This document shows positions 8,834 through 18,369 of a stretch of 64,000 nt of DNA, in pieces. The notes under the pieces were generated by a model, which saw only the letters and a program-made list of their open reading frames with translations, did not search any database and was not told the DNA's origin. The position numbers and the translations under genes were made by a program. The stretch is from Candidatus Lloydbacteria bacterium (GTDB taxonomy: Bacteria; Patescibacteriota; Minisyncoccia; Phycocordibacterales; UBA6899). The DNA lies in assembly GCA_043719805.1 (NCBI GenBank), contig JAYSTI010000055.1, positions 2,760-66,759 on the forward strand. Direction: 5' to 3'. Within the stretch, counting starts at the first letter, position 1. Every line of letters starts with the position of its first letter.

Positions 8834-9187
8834 TTAAAAATAGGAGTGCCGAGTTTTCCCAAGAAAGTCTGATGCGAGCCAAGCAAGAAGGACCATTGCA
8901 CCGAAGAAGAGCCCTACTGCCGTCACCTCCGCATTCATAAATGCATCGCGCATAAATGCGAGGTTGCGAGGAACGTCGGTTAGGCTTGGTACGTTCTCTA
9001 GTACGTTTAAGTACGAGATGTAGGCCGTCGAACGCCAGAAAAAGACAATTGCGATGAGCGCCTTCAGAAACAACGGATTCAGCACGGTGCGAATTGCATA
9101 CACGAAGTAGATGCGACGCATGATACGTTTCGTGAGTCTGTTATTCATCTTTTCGATAGAGTCGTTCATTTTTTTGCCAATTGGCAT
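8834..9187 (-). CDS. Small membrane protein translationally coupled to the ECF sigma factor. Putative anti-sigma factor.
   Basis: Its start overlaps the sigma-factor stop (ATGA at 9187), and it has two predicted TM segments. Confidence 0.45.
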   Translation of the reverse strand: MPIGKKMNDSIEKMNNRLTKRIMRRIYFVYAIRTVLNPLFLKALIAIVFFWRSTAYISYLNVLENVPSLTDVPRNLAFMRDAFMNAEVTAVGLFFGAMVLLAWLASDFLGKTRHSYF

Positions 9188-9771
9188 TATGCTCTTTCCT
9201 TTTCGCTCGCTAATAATCGCTCGAATTCCCTCTTCGCACGATAGATCTTTGTCTTCACAGCTGAGACGGTCGTCCCTTCCATGTCGGCAATTTCTTTCTG
9301 CGAATACTCCTCGAGGAAGTGGAGCTTGAGTGGCCTGGCGAGCTGTGCGGGCATTTTGGAGAGAAATGAAGCGACATAATCGCGCATAACCTCTTCTTCC
9401 CTATGGTTCGCCGGGTCGGGGAGCGTTTCATAAAACTCAGGCTCGAGTTCGATGTGTGTGGCTCCCTTCTTCTTTAACTTTTGATAGTGCGTAAAGGTGG
9501 TATTCATCAGGATTTTGTACCCCCAAGACTTGAAGGACGCCCCTTCTACGGTCTTAAACCTACGTGCATTGAAGTAGATCTTGGTGAAGGTCTCCTGCAC
9601 GATGTCTTCCGCCTCCTCGCGGCTGTGGATAACACCCTCTGCCTTCCGAAGAAACGCGTCCTGGTAGCGCGAAACCAGCACGGCAAAAAGGCTCGGATGA
9701 TCTATCGAGTTTTCGAGGATGACCTCGTCTCTTAATTCATTTGCGGGAATTTCGTTGTCGTCCAGTAACAT
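9187..9771 (-). CDS. RNA polymerase sigma factor, ECF (sigma-70 family group 4)
   Basis: Region-2-like IVQETFTKIYFNARRF and region-4 HTH LSQKEIADMEGTTVSAVKTKIYRAKREF. Confidence 0.8.
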   Translation of the reverse strand: MLLDDNEIPANELRDEVILENSIDHPSLFAVLVSRYQDAFLRKAEGVIHSREEAEDIVQETFTKIYFNARRFKTVEGASFKSWGYKILMNTTFTHYQKLKKKGATHIELEPEFYETLPDPANHREEEVMRDYVASFLSKMPAQLARPLKLHFLEEYSQKEIADMEGTTVSAVKTKIYRAKREFERLLASEKERA

Positions 9772-9786
9772 GTTTTGTATTGTTGC

Positions 9787-10701
9787 TCAGAATCCCCATT
9801 CTCGCAAGAGCTCGGCCATGCCGTCCTCAAACTTCACCTCGGGCTCCCAGCCGAGCAAGGCTTTTGCTTTTTGATTGTCGGCGAGGCTGTGCCTTGCCTC
9901 TTTTGCCGCCTCTAAATATTCAATGTCTCCCCCGATGATGTTCGCAAGTTCTTTTATCGAAATGCTCATACCACTACCAATATTGAGCACTTCCCCATGC
10001 CCAACGAGCGATGAAGTTGCCGCGAGAAGGTTTGCACGAGCAACATCTGCGACGTGCACAAAGTCTCGCGTCTGCTCGCCGTCACCATTCACGCGTAGTG
10101 GGAGTCCTTGTTGTTTTCTTTTCACAAATGCTCCGATGACCGCAGCGTATGGGCCGTCCAAATTCATGCGTGGGCCGTAGACATTAAAATACCGCAGTGA
10201 AGCCGTTTCGATGCCGTGAAGTGTGCTATATATGCGCATGTGATGCTCATTGGCATATTTTTGGACGCCATAGGGATTCACCGGCTCGGGGAGGAGATTC
10301 TCGGCGAGCGGGAGTGTCGGATTATTTCCATACGCCGCGCTTGATGCGGAATACACCACGCGGCCCGCACCTGCCGTACGCGCAGCTTCAAGTAGCGACA
10401 ATGTGCCGCCAACGTTAATCTCGTGCGACTCCTTTGGGTGCAGAATTGAATATGGAACGCTCGGAAGCGCTGCAAGGTGAAAAATGATGTCGCCTTTTTT
10501 GAAGATTGTTCCGAGGGCATCCGTGTCGCGTACGTCCATTTCAAAAAGTTTTGCTTTGGGATTGATGCGCTCACGCTTCCCTGCCGACATATTGTCGACA
10601 ATGTCTACTTCGTAACCATCTTTGATAAGCATGTCGACAACGTGGGAGCCTATGAACCCTGCACCACCCGTCACCACCGCGCGCTTTATGTTTTGTCCCA
10701 T
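9787..10701 (-). CDS. NAD-dependent epimerase/dehydratase (UDP-glucose 4-epimerase-like, SDR family)
   Basis: VVTGGAGFIGSHVVD Rossmann motif, catalytic YxxxK (YGVQKYANEH) and SASSAAYG. The start was chosen at MGQNIKRAVV (ATG 10701) rather than the longer ORF-track start. Confidence 0.8.
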   Translation of the reverse strand: MGQNIKRAVVTGGAGFIGSHVVDMLIKDGYEVDIVDNMSAGKRERINPKAKLFEMDVRDTDALGTIFKKGDIIFHLAALPSVPYSILHPKESHEINVGGTLSLLEAARTAGAGRVVYSASSAAYGNNPTLPLAENLLPEPVNPYGVQKYANEHHMRIYSTLHGIETASLRYFNVYGPRMNLDGPYAAVIGAFVKRKQQGLPLRVNGDGEQTRDFVHVADVARANLLAATSSLVGHGEVLNIGSGMSISIKELANIIGGDIEYLEAAKEARHSLADNQKAKALLGWEPEVKFEDGMAELLREWGF

Positions 10702-10803
10702 ATATAGATAGTACACGCAAAATGCAGAGAATGTTTCATTTAAATCGGTTGACACGACTGCGTTTCTGTAGAAAATAGTGTTCAGAGTTACATGGAGTGA
10801 AAC

Positions 10804-11202
10804 ATGCAAAAACGTAGTGTCGGTTTACTCGTCCCCATCTACGTCGCAGCAATACTTTCCGGAGTAACGCTGAGCTGGATCGGGATTCTTGTTGTTGCGG
10901 CCATCTACCTGGTTTGTTTTTTGGAGAGAATTCGTAAAAATCCGTTCTTCGCGCCCATGTCCACCTGGCAGATAAACTATGCAGTGGCCCTTTTCCTCGC
11001 CAGCCTGCTCATGTTTCTGGCCTGCTTCCTGTCGCACCGATATGGCATGGGAAACACCTCTCAGCTCTTGAGCACACTTTTCTGCGCCAATGAACACATC
11101 CCCCACCAGGGGGATTTTTGTACCAAAAGGCAAGGCTTTTTTCCTCGACAAATCGCCGAAGATGGCCTAAAATGGCCGCATTATGGCAATACTCAATTAT
11201 AG
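10804..11202 (+). CDS. Small hypothetical membrane protein (3-4 TM helices)
   Basis: GGAG 6 nt upstream of ATG 10804 and a hydrophobic helical composition. It overlaps the efp start by 20 nt, and a competing ORF exists on the minus strand. Confidence 0.35.
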   Translation: MQKRSVGLLVPIYVAAILSGVTLSWIGILVVAAIYLVCFLERIRKNPFFAPMSTWQINYAVALFLASLLMFLACFLSHRYGMGNTSQLLSTLFCANEHIPHQGDFCTKRQGFFPRQIAEDGLKWPHYGNTQL

Positions 11203-11758
11203 TGAAATCCTTCCGCGCAGAATTATTCTTATCGACGACCAGCCTTACGAGGTCTTGGATGCGCACGTGTTTCAGAAGCAAAAGTCACGCCCCGTGAATC
11301 ACACGAAGGTAAAAAATCTTTTGAGCGGGAACGTCAAAGAGGTCGTATTCCATCAATTCGAGAAGGCAGAAGAGGCGGACATGGGCACAAAAGAAGTGAA
11401 ATATCTCTACGCAAACAAAGGAGAGTACTGGTTTTGCGATGCCAAAGATGCCGCTGACCGCTTCAAGCTCACCGCAGAGCAGCTCGGCAACAGCATCAAA
11501 TTCATCAAGACCAACACCATCATCGATTCCACAACGTTCAATGATGACATCATTGGTCTTAAATACCCGATCAAAGTCGAACTCAAAATTACCGAGGCGC
11601 CACCTGCGGTGCGCGGCAATACTTCGGGCAATGCAACAAAAGCAGTTGTTACAGAAACGGGGGCAACTATTTATGTGCCGATGTTCATCAACGAGGGAGA
11701 TATTGTGCGGATTAATACTGACACTGGCGATTACGCCGAGCGCGTAGAAAAAGCCTAA
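11183..11758 (+). CDS. efp: Translation elongation factor P
   Basis: Full-length EF-P-like sequence with the KOW-like N-terminal domain and the VRGNTSGNATKAVVTETGA motif. Confidence 0.9.
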   Translation: MAILNYSEILPRRIILIDDQPYEVLDAHVFQKQKSRPVNHTKVKNLLSGNVKEVVFHQFEKAEEADMGTKEVKYLYANKGEYWFCDAKDAADRFKLTAEQLGNSIKFIKTNTIIDSTTFNDDIIGLKYPIKVELKITEAPPAVRGNTSGNATKAVVTETGATIYVPMFINEGDIVRINTDTGDYAERVEKA

Positions 11759-12066
11759 AGTTTAAGCAAAAACACCCCGACTGCTTTGTTGCGGGCCCCA
11801 AACGACTCGGTCGACATATATGAATACGCCTTCCTCGTCGTTTCCCCCGCGCCTCGCATTCGAGGCGTTTATGCATAAACTTAGAACTTTTTGCAAATTA
11901 CTCTGCCGGCTGCGTCGGAGCTTGGCAGACGTATCACTCATGCGTCTGCTCAAGTCTCACAACTTGCCGCCTCGTGCTCATCAAATTTTAAGCCTTTTCA
12001 GCGAGAAAGCGTAACGCTCGGAGAAGAGAGTTCGAGTTTGAAAAGTAAATTATCGAAATAGAAAAA

Positions 12067-12095
12067 CCCACTGCGATTTGCAGTGGGTTTTGTTT
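12067..12095. terminator. Bidirectional intrinsic terminator CCCACTGC-gattt-GCAGTGGG flanked by A and T runs
   Basis: gaaaaaCCCACTGCgatttGCAGTGGGttttgttt. It serves convergent efp (+) and the 12094..12627 gene (-). Confidence 0.55.
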
Positions 12096-12627
12096 ACGGA
12101 TGGGTGAGGCCGTGGGAGGCGAGGATCTGCTTGTAGAGGTCATCGGGATACGGCTCGATACGGAGCTTGAGTGCGAGGCCCTGTGCGCGCTCCCAGCACG
12201 TGCCGGTCGAGAACTCCCACCCCGGAAGAAAGTACAGAGTACCGATGAGTCCGCTCTCGAACAGCGGAAGATAGATGTCGGTGAGAATTGGCCAGCAGTA
12301 GCCGGTATTTGCCGGATTGCTCTTCCATTTTTCCCACATGCGAACAAGTCCTTCTTCGAGTGGCGTCTGATCAAACACGTGGTCGCCCCGTTCACGGAGC
12401 AGGCGCACAGCTTCAGAAAACACGAGGAAATTCAGCTTCACGGAATTGAACCCGCCGGTGGTGATAGGCCCGCACACCTGAATGATTGAACCGTGCTTCC
12501 GCTTGGGAAAACTCCGAAGCACGCACTGTGCGACGTCACTGATATCGGCGAATGAATCCGCGGCAAGCACGGACGAACGTAGCGCCTTCGTCCAATGTGG
12601 ACATTTTTTCATCACGGCTCCTGTCAA
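12094..12627 (-). CDS. DUF4406-like protein (nucleoside 2-deoxyribosyltransferase-like fold) with an N-terminal extension
   Basis: SIIQVCGPITTGGFNSVKLNFLVFSEAVRLLRERGDHVFDQ resembles the (I/V)Y(I/L)xGPxTG...N...F...L...GxxVxxP pattern I recall for DUF4406. The family call is from memory, not a search. Confidence 0.4.
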   Translation of the reverse strand: MTGAVMKKCPHWTKALRSSVLAADSFADISDVAQCVLRSFPKRKHGSIIQVCGPITTGGFNSVKLNFLVFSEAVRLLRERGDHVFDQTPLEEGLVRMWEKWKSNPANTGYCWPILTDIYLPLFESGLIGTLYFLPGWEFSTGTCWERAQGLALKLRIEPYPDDLYKQILASHGLTHP

Positions 12628-12671
12628 AAGTCCTTACCCAAGCTAGCATAATTTCAGAAATTTACAAAAAA

Positions 12672-12700
12672 ATACCCCCTCGGGGGTATTTTTTGAAACA
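12672..12700. terminator. Bidirectional terminator AAAAAATACCCCCTCGGGGGTATTTTTT
   Basis: Perfect palindromic G/C stem with symmetric A/T runs. Confidence 0.55.
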
Positions 12701-12734
12701 CATAAATCATATTAGGAAGCAATATGGAGCTAAA

Positions 12735-12762
12735 ACAAAAAATGCTCGAAAGCATTTTTTGT
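12735..12762 (-). terminator. Terminator hairpin AAAAAATGCTCGAAAGCATTTTTTGTT directly downstream of rpsR
   Basis: Stem ATGCT/AGCAT with flanking T runs. It lies 15 nt after the rpsR stop (minus strand). Confidence 0.5.
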
Positions 12763-12774
12763 TCGCCCGATTGC

Positions 12775-12981
12775 CTATGAGGCAATATAGGGAAGGAGGC
12801 CCATGAATCGTGAGCGCTTCACTGCAGTCGCAAGCGCGCGCTGCTGCTTCTGGCCAAGGCCCGAGCGCTTGTGACCCACAACCTGTCCATGAGGGGTGAG
12901 GAACATGCGAAGCAACTCGACGTCTTTGTAGTCGATGTACTTGATGTTATTTGCCGAAAGGTAGTCTTGCTGTTTCTTCAT
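12775..12981 (-). CDS. rpsR: 30S ribosomal protein S18
   Basis: MKKQQDYLSANNIKYIDYKDVELLRMFLTPHGQVVGHKRSGLGQKQQRALATAVKRSRFMGLLPY. Confidence 0.9.
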   Translation of the reverse strand: MKKQQDYLSANNIKYIDYKDVELLRMFLTPHGQVVGHKRSGLGQKQQRALATAVKRSRFMGLLPYIAS

Positions 12982-12991
12982 GGTGGTTTAA

Positions 12992-13480
12992 TTAAAATGG
13001 AATGTCTTCTAGGTTAATATCTTCGTCGGGGTAGTCAATTGTTGCGAGTTCCGGTGATTGCGGCTGTGCGGTGGCTTTTGCTTTCGGTGCAGCTACCTTC
13101 GGACTTCCGGTAGCCTTCGCCTCGCTTGGTGTGAACTCTCCGGCTGCTCCGGGTTTTGGTCCAAACTGGAAATTCTCAACAACAATCTCTGTACGGTATT
13201 TCTTTTCTCCGGTGACCTTATCATCCCAACTACGATTTTGGATGCGACCCTCGACAAAAATCGGGGAACCCTTTCTCAGGTATTGGTGAATCAATTCAGC
13301 GGGCTTCTGGAAGGCAACAACATTGTGAAAATCAACAGACTCCTGCTTTGCGCCATTCTTGTCTTTCCATGTACGATTCGTGGCGACACCAAATGAAACA
13401 ACCGGGACACCGGACGGAAGCGCCTTGAGTTCAGGGTCTTTCGTCAGGTTGCCGTAGATGAATGCCTTGTTGATATACAT
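12992..13480 (-). CDS. ssb: Single-stranded DNA-binding protein
   Basis: OB-fold SSB sequence with the C-terminal acidic tail ...EDINLEDIPF. Confidence 0.9.
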   Translation of the reverse strand: MYINKAFIYGNLTKDPELKALPSGVPVVSFGVATNRTWKDKNGAKQESVDFHNVVAFQKPAELIHQYLRKGSPIFVEGRIQNRSWDDKVTGEKKYRTEIVVENFQFGPKPGAAGEFTPSEAKATGSPKVAAPKAKATAQPQSPELATIDYPDEDINLEDIPF

Positions 13481-13487
13481 GAAGTTT

Positions 13488-13976
13488 CTAGCTTATGACG
13501 AGGTCCTCAATGGTCTTATCAATCTCGGCTTCGGTGAGTACTGGCTTGTCCTCCACCTTCTCGTTGACTACCACCTCTTCACCCCGCTTTTGCTGAAGAA
13601 CCTTCTTTGGCACCATCGTGTTCTCGCGAACGGTCTTCACGACGATGAAGCGGAGAATAAGATCATCTGCCTTCAACTTTTCCTGAATGGCCTTCGCACC
13701 ACTTGGTTCAACCTCAAATTTCATCCATCCGAAATATGCGGAATGATGCAACGCGCGCTTGTTTGCGGCAACCTTTAGCATCGGATAGGCGAGTTCCATG
13801 TGACGAGGGAATTCGTCTGCAATCATACTTCCTCCGGCTGCTTCAATGATGTCGCGAATAGCGGTCACGCGTACACCCAAATCAACCTCTGCGACAATTG
13901 GGACAATGTGAAATCCGACCTCGTAAACTCCGCGGTCCTTTCCTATTGCGTCAACGTTTATATCCTTGTTTTCCAT
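13488..13976 (-). CDS. rpsF: 30S ribosomal protein S6
   Basis: YEVGFHIVP...LAYPM...LILRFIVVKT pattern and the conserved rpsF-ssb-rpsR gene order. Start taken at MENKD. Confidence 0.75.
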   Translation of the reverse strand: MENKDINVDAIGKDRGVYEVGFHIVPIVAEVDLGVRVTAIRDIIEAAGGSMIADEFPRHMELAYPMLKVAANKRALHHSAYFGWMKFEVEPSGAKAIQEKLKADDLILRFIVVKTVRENTMVPKKVLQQKRGEEVVVNEKVEDKPVLTEAEIDKTIEDLVIS

Positions 13977-14047
13977 AGATGAGGGCATACTAGCAAAGCG
14001 CTCTCAATATGTCAAAAGATGCGGTAAATTCATGCTTTTTTCGGCTT

Positions 14048-14875
14048 TTATGCCGTTTTGAGCCCAAAAACTCGAATGGCGTTTTTCTGTAATGCATCGA
14101 TAACAACCTCTATGTCTATGCCCTTAATTTCAGCAATTGCGCGAATTGTCTCTACCACAAAGGCCGGCTCGTTGCGCTTCCCGCGATATGGAATGGGGGC
14201 GACATACGGAGCATCGGTCTCGGCATGAATTGATTCGAGCGGAATGTACTTGAGTACATAATCATAATCATGCGAAAAAGTGAGGACTCCAGTAAACGAC
14301 ATGGTAAAACCACAATCGAGAAACTGCTTCGCTATCTTGGTATCGCCGACAAAAAAGTGGACATTGCCACGCACGTTGCCACCGTATCGCTCTTGCCCGC
14401 TCTTTAGTATGTGCAAAATATCCTCATAGGCATCCATACTCCCCTTCTCCGGCCTGCCGTGAATCATGAGCGGCTTATCGACGGAAGCGGCGAGTTCCAT
14501 TTGTCGCGAAAATAACTCGTGCTGGCGGTCAGCCTCCCTGTCCATATTCTCGATACGACCCCTCGCGCGATTGTCTTCCAATCGAAAATAATCAATACCA
14601 CATTCCCCAATGGCAACGACGCGCGGATGCTTGGCCATTTTACAAAATGCCGCTTCGTCGTATACCTCCTTTGGGTCGTCGGTCGGATGCACACCGATGG
14701 TAGCCCAGATATCAGGATGCGCTTCTGCGAGTTCTACCGCACGTTCGGACATTTTCTTGTCGGTGCCGACGACAATGGATGCAACTCCCGCCTCTCGCAT
14801 GCGCAAAAGCGCGTCGTCCATGTCATCGAGAAAACGTGCGTCGTTTAAGTGGGAATGAATATCAAAATATTTCAT
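14048..14875 (-). CDS. tatD: TatD-family metal-dependent hydrolase (DNase)
   Basis: MKYFDIHSHLND, GECGIDY, the PLMIHGR motif and the C-terminal HAETDAPY. Confidence 0.85.
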   Translation of the reverse strand: MKYFDIHSHLNDARFLDDMDDALLRMREAGVASIVVGTDKKMSERAVELAEAHPDIWATIGVHPTDDPKEVYDEAAFCKMAKHPRVVAIGECGIDYFRLEDNRARGRIENMDREADRQHELFSRQMELAASVDKPLMIHGRPEKGSMDAYEDILHILKSGQERYGGNVRGNVHFFVGDTKIAKQFLDCGFTMSFTGVLTFSHDYDYVLKYIPLESIHAETDAPYVAPIPYRGKRNEPAFVVETIRAIAEIKGIDIEVVIDALQKNAIRVFGLKTA

Positions 14876-14950
14876 CTGAGAATATCCTCATGTTACCAGA
14901 AAACAATAAAACCGCTCATGCGGTCTTATAAAGAAGCGAACATTCAATTA

Positions 14951-15256
14951 TTAATTTGGGGTATTTTGGTCCGCTACTAATTTTTTTGCATACGCCTCAT
15001 ACGCTGCATCCTCCTCGGGCGTTGTGGTTTTCTCAAAGACTGGCACCACCTTCCCCGAGCGCTTGTATACAAGCTCCATGCTCCTTCTGTGGGCGACCTG
15101 ATATCTTTCAACATCTTCCGGTGTTGCCGTACCAGCATTCTTTCTCCCCATCAGCTCAAACATATCTGCATCTAACTGCAGCACCTCTGCTTCATCTTCT
15201 TGAGTAAATGTATTTACGGATTCTGATGAGTTTGGCATTTGTCCTTCTTGTGTCAT
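14951..15256 (-). CDS. Hypothetical acidic protein (101 aa)
   Basis: ORF only. Confidence 0.4.
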   Translation of the reverse strand: MTQEGQMPNSSESVNTFTQEDEAEVLQLDADMFELMGRKNAGTATPEDVERYQVAHRRSMELVYKRSGKVVPVFEKTTTPEEDAAYEAYAKKLVADQNTPN

Positions 15257-15304
15257 ATATTTTATGTTAACTTATAATGTATTATATACGAAAACCCGAA
15301 TTTG

Positions 15305-15634
15305 TCAAGCACAAACTATTTGGTAAACATGGGCGCATTCATGGGCTGCTTTCACCATCAGTTGTTCTGTCTCGGTGGCCGCTCCCCACTGAAAAAGGAG
15401 ATCTTTATCTTCCGGCAGTTGCTTCCTGCCAACCACCACAACTGGGGTACCTGTCCGATTATCAGTCACAGAATCCCAGCCACGCTCATTTATGGTCATT
15501 GGTGTAACCCGCTCACCCTCCACGGGTATATTCATTCTTATAAAACGAAGCGAGGGGTCACTGCGGACAAATTTATCCACAATATCGGTAAAATCAAAAC
15601 GCTCTGGCGGAGATTCTTGATGTGCTCCTTCCAT
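15305..15634 (-). CDS. Hypothetical protein (109 aa) containing an HExxH motif (AAHECAHV)
   Basis: It is co-oriented in the operon between tatD and metG. The minus-strand frame looks more protein-like than the plus-strand alternative. Confidence 0.4.
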   Translation of the reverse strand: MEGAHQESPPERFDFTDIVDKFVRSDPSLRFIRMNIPVEGERVTPMTINERGWDSVTDNRTGTPVVVVGRKQLPEDKDLLFQWGAATETEQLMVKAAHECAHVYQIVCA

Positions 15635-15646
15635 ATAAAAATATCC

Positions 15647-17095
15647 CTACGGAAGCCTGTTAAATAAAGGTTTTTCGGGCATTTGGTGTTCGCGGATGAG
15701 GCGAAGAATTTCTTCTGCAGTACGAGGGAGGAATGGAAGAAGCAGGGTTGCGATGCGATGGAGACGTTCGACCATTTCCACGATAAGCACTTCGCCGTCC
15801 TCGACGTTCACTTTTATGACCTTGAACGGTGCGGTTTCTTGAATATACGCATCGAGCTCGCCCACTGCGGACATGACATGCTCTAATGCGCGCTTGATGT
15901 CGAAATCGTTAAACGCCTTATCAATCACGTTGAGATGCTCCGTTTCGTGAATTTCAACCGGTCCATCGAGGTGCGTCGTCGCCATCTTCATGATGCGGCT
16001 GACAAGATTGCCGATGCCATTTTGCAAATGCGCCGCATAGCTTGCCTTCACTCCATCAAGGGTAAGGTCGCCGTCTTCAAACGAAGGGATGTCGTGGAGC
16101 AATGCGAAACGAAGCACGTCCTCGGGGAACGGTGTATGCGGTCGGAAAAACCCAATGACGTCGAACGGGTTGATGACGTTGCCAAGCGACTTGGACATCT
16201 TTTGCCCGCCGCTCATGATAAAGCCGTCGATAATGATGTGCTTGGACGGCGGGAGTTTTGCAGACATGAGCATCGCCTGCCACATTGCTGACTGCTGGCG
16301 GTTGTTGTCCTTCCCACAATACTGGATGACGGGCCACCAATCGCTGAAGCGCGCCATGTCGTCAGGCCAACCGATTGCAGAAATATAATTCACGAGCGCG
16401 TCGAACCAAACATACATGACGTGCGCATCATCATCGGGAACCGCAACTCCCCACGGCATCTTTGACTTGAGGCGTGAGATACTGAAGTCTTCAAGTCCAC
16501 GCTCCACAAATGCCCTCGTCTCATTGAGGCGAAACGACGGGATAACAAAGTCCGGATGGGCATCGTAGTGTGCGAGGAGTGGCTTTTGATAATTAGACCA
16601 TTTGAAAAAATAATTCTCCTCCTCGCGAATCTCTACTTCACGATTGGGATGGACCGGGCACTTGCCGCTTTCAAGCTCCGAGTCCGTCTTTTCGAGTTCG
16701 CAGCCGATGCAATACTTCACCCGATAGAGTTTTTTGTAGATGTCTCCGCTTGCGGCACAGCGCTTCCAAAATTCCTGTGCAGCCATTACGTGGTGCGGGT
16801 CGGTCGTGCGGACAAAATTATCTACGGAAAGATTGAGCAGGTCCTTTAGCTCACGAAACCTCGCCGCATAACGGTCGGTGTATTCCTGTGGCGAGACACC
16901 CTCTTTGGTGGCGGCTTCATGAATCTTCGCACCATGCTCATCGGTACCGGTATTGAAAAAAATCTTTTTTCCTGTGCGCCGATAATATCGGGAAAGCGCA
17001 TCTGCGCGAATAATTTCCATTGCAAACCCGACATGCGGGTCGGCATTCACATAAGGAAGAGTGGTCGTTATATAAACGTTTTCATCTTTCGCCAT
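15647..17095 (-). CDS. metG: Methionyl-tRNA synthetase (short form)
   Basis: HIGH-region TTTLPYVNADPHVGFAMEII, the KMSKSLGN motif and the zinc-knuckle region. Confidence 0.9.
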   Translation of the reverse strand: MAKDENVYITTTLPYVNADPHVGFAMEIIRADALSRYYRRTGKKIFFNTGTDEHGAKIHEAATKEGVSPQEYTDRYAARFRELKDLLNLSVDNFVRTTDPHHVMAAQEFWKRCAASGDIYKKLYRVKYCIGCELEKTDSELESGKCPVHPNREVEIREEENYFFKWSNYQKPLLAHYDAHPDFVIPSFRLNETRAFVERGLEDFSISRLKSKMPWGVAVPDDDAHVMYVWFDALVNYISAIGWPDDMARFSDWWPVIQYCGKDNNRQQSAMWQAMLMSAKLPPSKHIIIDGFIMSGGQKMSKSLGNVINPFDVIGFFRPHTPFPEDVLRFALLHDIPSFEDGDLTLDGVKASYAAHLQNGIGNLVSRIMKMATTHLDGPVEIHETEHLNVIDKAFNDFDIKRALEHVMSAVGELDAYIQETAPFKVIKVNVEDGEVLIVEMVERLHRIATLLLPFLPRTAEEILRLIREHQMPEKPLFNRLP

Positions 17096-17107
17096 AAATA
17101 GTTTTAG

Positions 17108-18250
17108 CTATGGAACGTCGTCAAATATTTTTCTTTCCTTTGCGACGTCATTCAAAAATTCCATGAGTATTGCGGTGATGGGGACCGCGAGAATAATGCC
17201 AAGGAAACCGGCCATTTTTGCGCCAACCACTAATGCGATAATGACCAGTACGGGGGGAATGCCGACTATCTTACGCACGACCTCAGGATAGATGACATGG
17301 CTTTCAATCTGCTGGATGACAAAATAAATCGCCATCACGATGAGTGCGGCATTCACGCCGGGGGCAACTGCGAGTGCGTGCGCGAGAGGGTTGATGCCGT
17401 TGACGAAAGCGAGAGAGACCGCAGGAATCGCAGCGAGTATCGGACCGAAGACGGGGATGAGTTCAAACATCATCGCGATGACGGCTAAAAAGAGCGCGGA
17501 CGGTATGCCGAGAATCGTCATAATGAGAAAGACAAGGACTCCGACAACGACGCCAAGCATCATTTGCCCCTGAGCCCATAACCCAATCTTTGCCTGTGAG
17601 CGCTTCCAGAGATCAACAACATACGACCGCGACTTTACCGGAGAAATGAGGCGTAAGAAATTCTCAATTCCACGCTCCTGCGACGAAAGATAAAACGAGA
17701 GCACGATGATAAGTATGAAAGAGAGCACGCCACCAAAGAAGATACTTGCGGAATGAAGTGCTCCCCCACCTTCAATACTACTCTTAAAAATATCCAGAAT
17801 GTTCGCACTCTCAAGTAGGCCTTTCTGCAATTCAGCTGTCTGCGGAACAAGCACGCCTGCAGTAACGTCGGTCGTGGCCGGGCCGGTCATAGAAAAAATA
17901 CCTGATGTGTCGATGACTCCGGGAAGCGTGCGCACCAGCTGACTCACGTCAGTGATAATGGCGGGAACAAAAAAGTAAAAGACCCCGATAAGCGAGAGCG
18001 CGCCAAAGCCGTATACCATAACGAGTGCAAGTAGCCGCGGAATATGCTTTTCAATTAGCGGCACCTTTTTTTTCAAAAGGAAGTGCACTGCCGGCTCAAT
18101 GGCTGACGCGAGCACGATGGCCGTAAGCACAATCAACACGACGTCCCGCAAAAACCAGGCGAGCGCAAAAAGCACCATGATAAAGATCGTGCGCACAATG
18201 GTTCCTGTGGAAATATGAATATGGGAGGCGGTGTCCTCTATTTTCTTCAT
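17108..18250 (-). CDS. AI-2E family transporter (PerM/UPF0118)
   Basis: A polytopic membrane protein of the length and topology typical of AI-2E permeases. Confidence 0.75.
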   Translation of the reverse strand: MKKIEDTASHIHISTGTIVRTIFIMVLFALAWFLRDVVLIVLTAIVLASAIEPAVHFLLKKKVPLIEKHIPRLLALVMVYGFGALSLIGVFYFFVPAIITDVSQLVRTLPGVIDTSGIFSMTGPATTDVTAGVLVPQTAELQKGLLESANILDIFKSSIEGGGALHSASIFFGGVLSFILIIVLSFYLSSQERGIENFLRLISPVKSRSYVVDLWKRSQAKIGLWAQGQMMLGVVVGVLVFLIMTILGIPSALFLAVIAMMFELIPVFGPILAAIPAVSLAFVNGINPLAHALAVAPGVNAALIVMAIYFVIQQIESHVIYPEVVRKIVGIPPVLVIIALVVGAKMAGFLGIILAVPITAILMEFLNDVAKERKIFDDVP

Positions 18251-18369
18251 TTGTCCATCATAGCATCAGAAGAGTGGAGACTCAATTAAGCGCACGGTGG
18301 ATGCTTTTTGCCACCCGGCAGCCACACAAAGAAGAGCGGCTTCTTCCGGTCGGCAAGCAAAGGTATGTG

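Noticed and set aside
10825-11151. 108-aa minus-strand ORF between galE and efp
   Set aside because: The overlapping plus-strand ORF has an RBS and convincing TM helices. The minus-strand translation is hydrophilic with no start context. Neither is certain.
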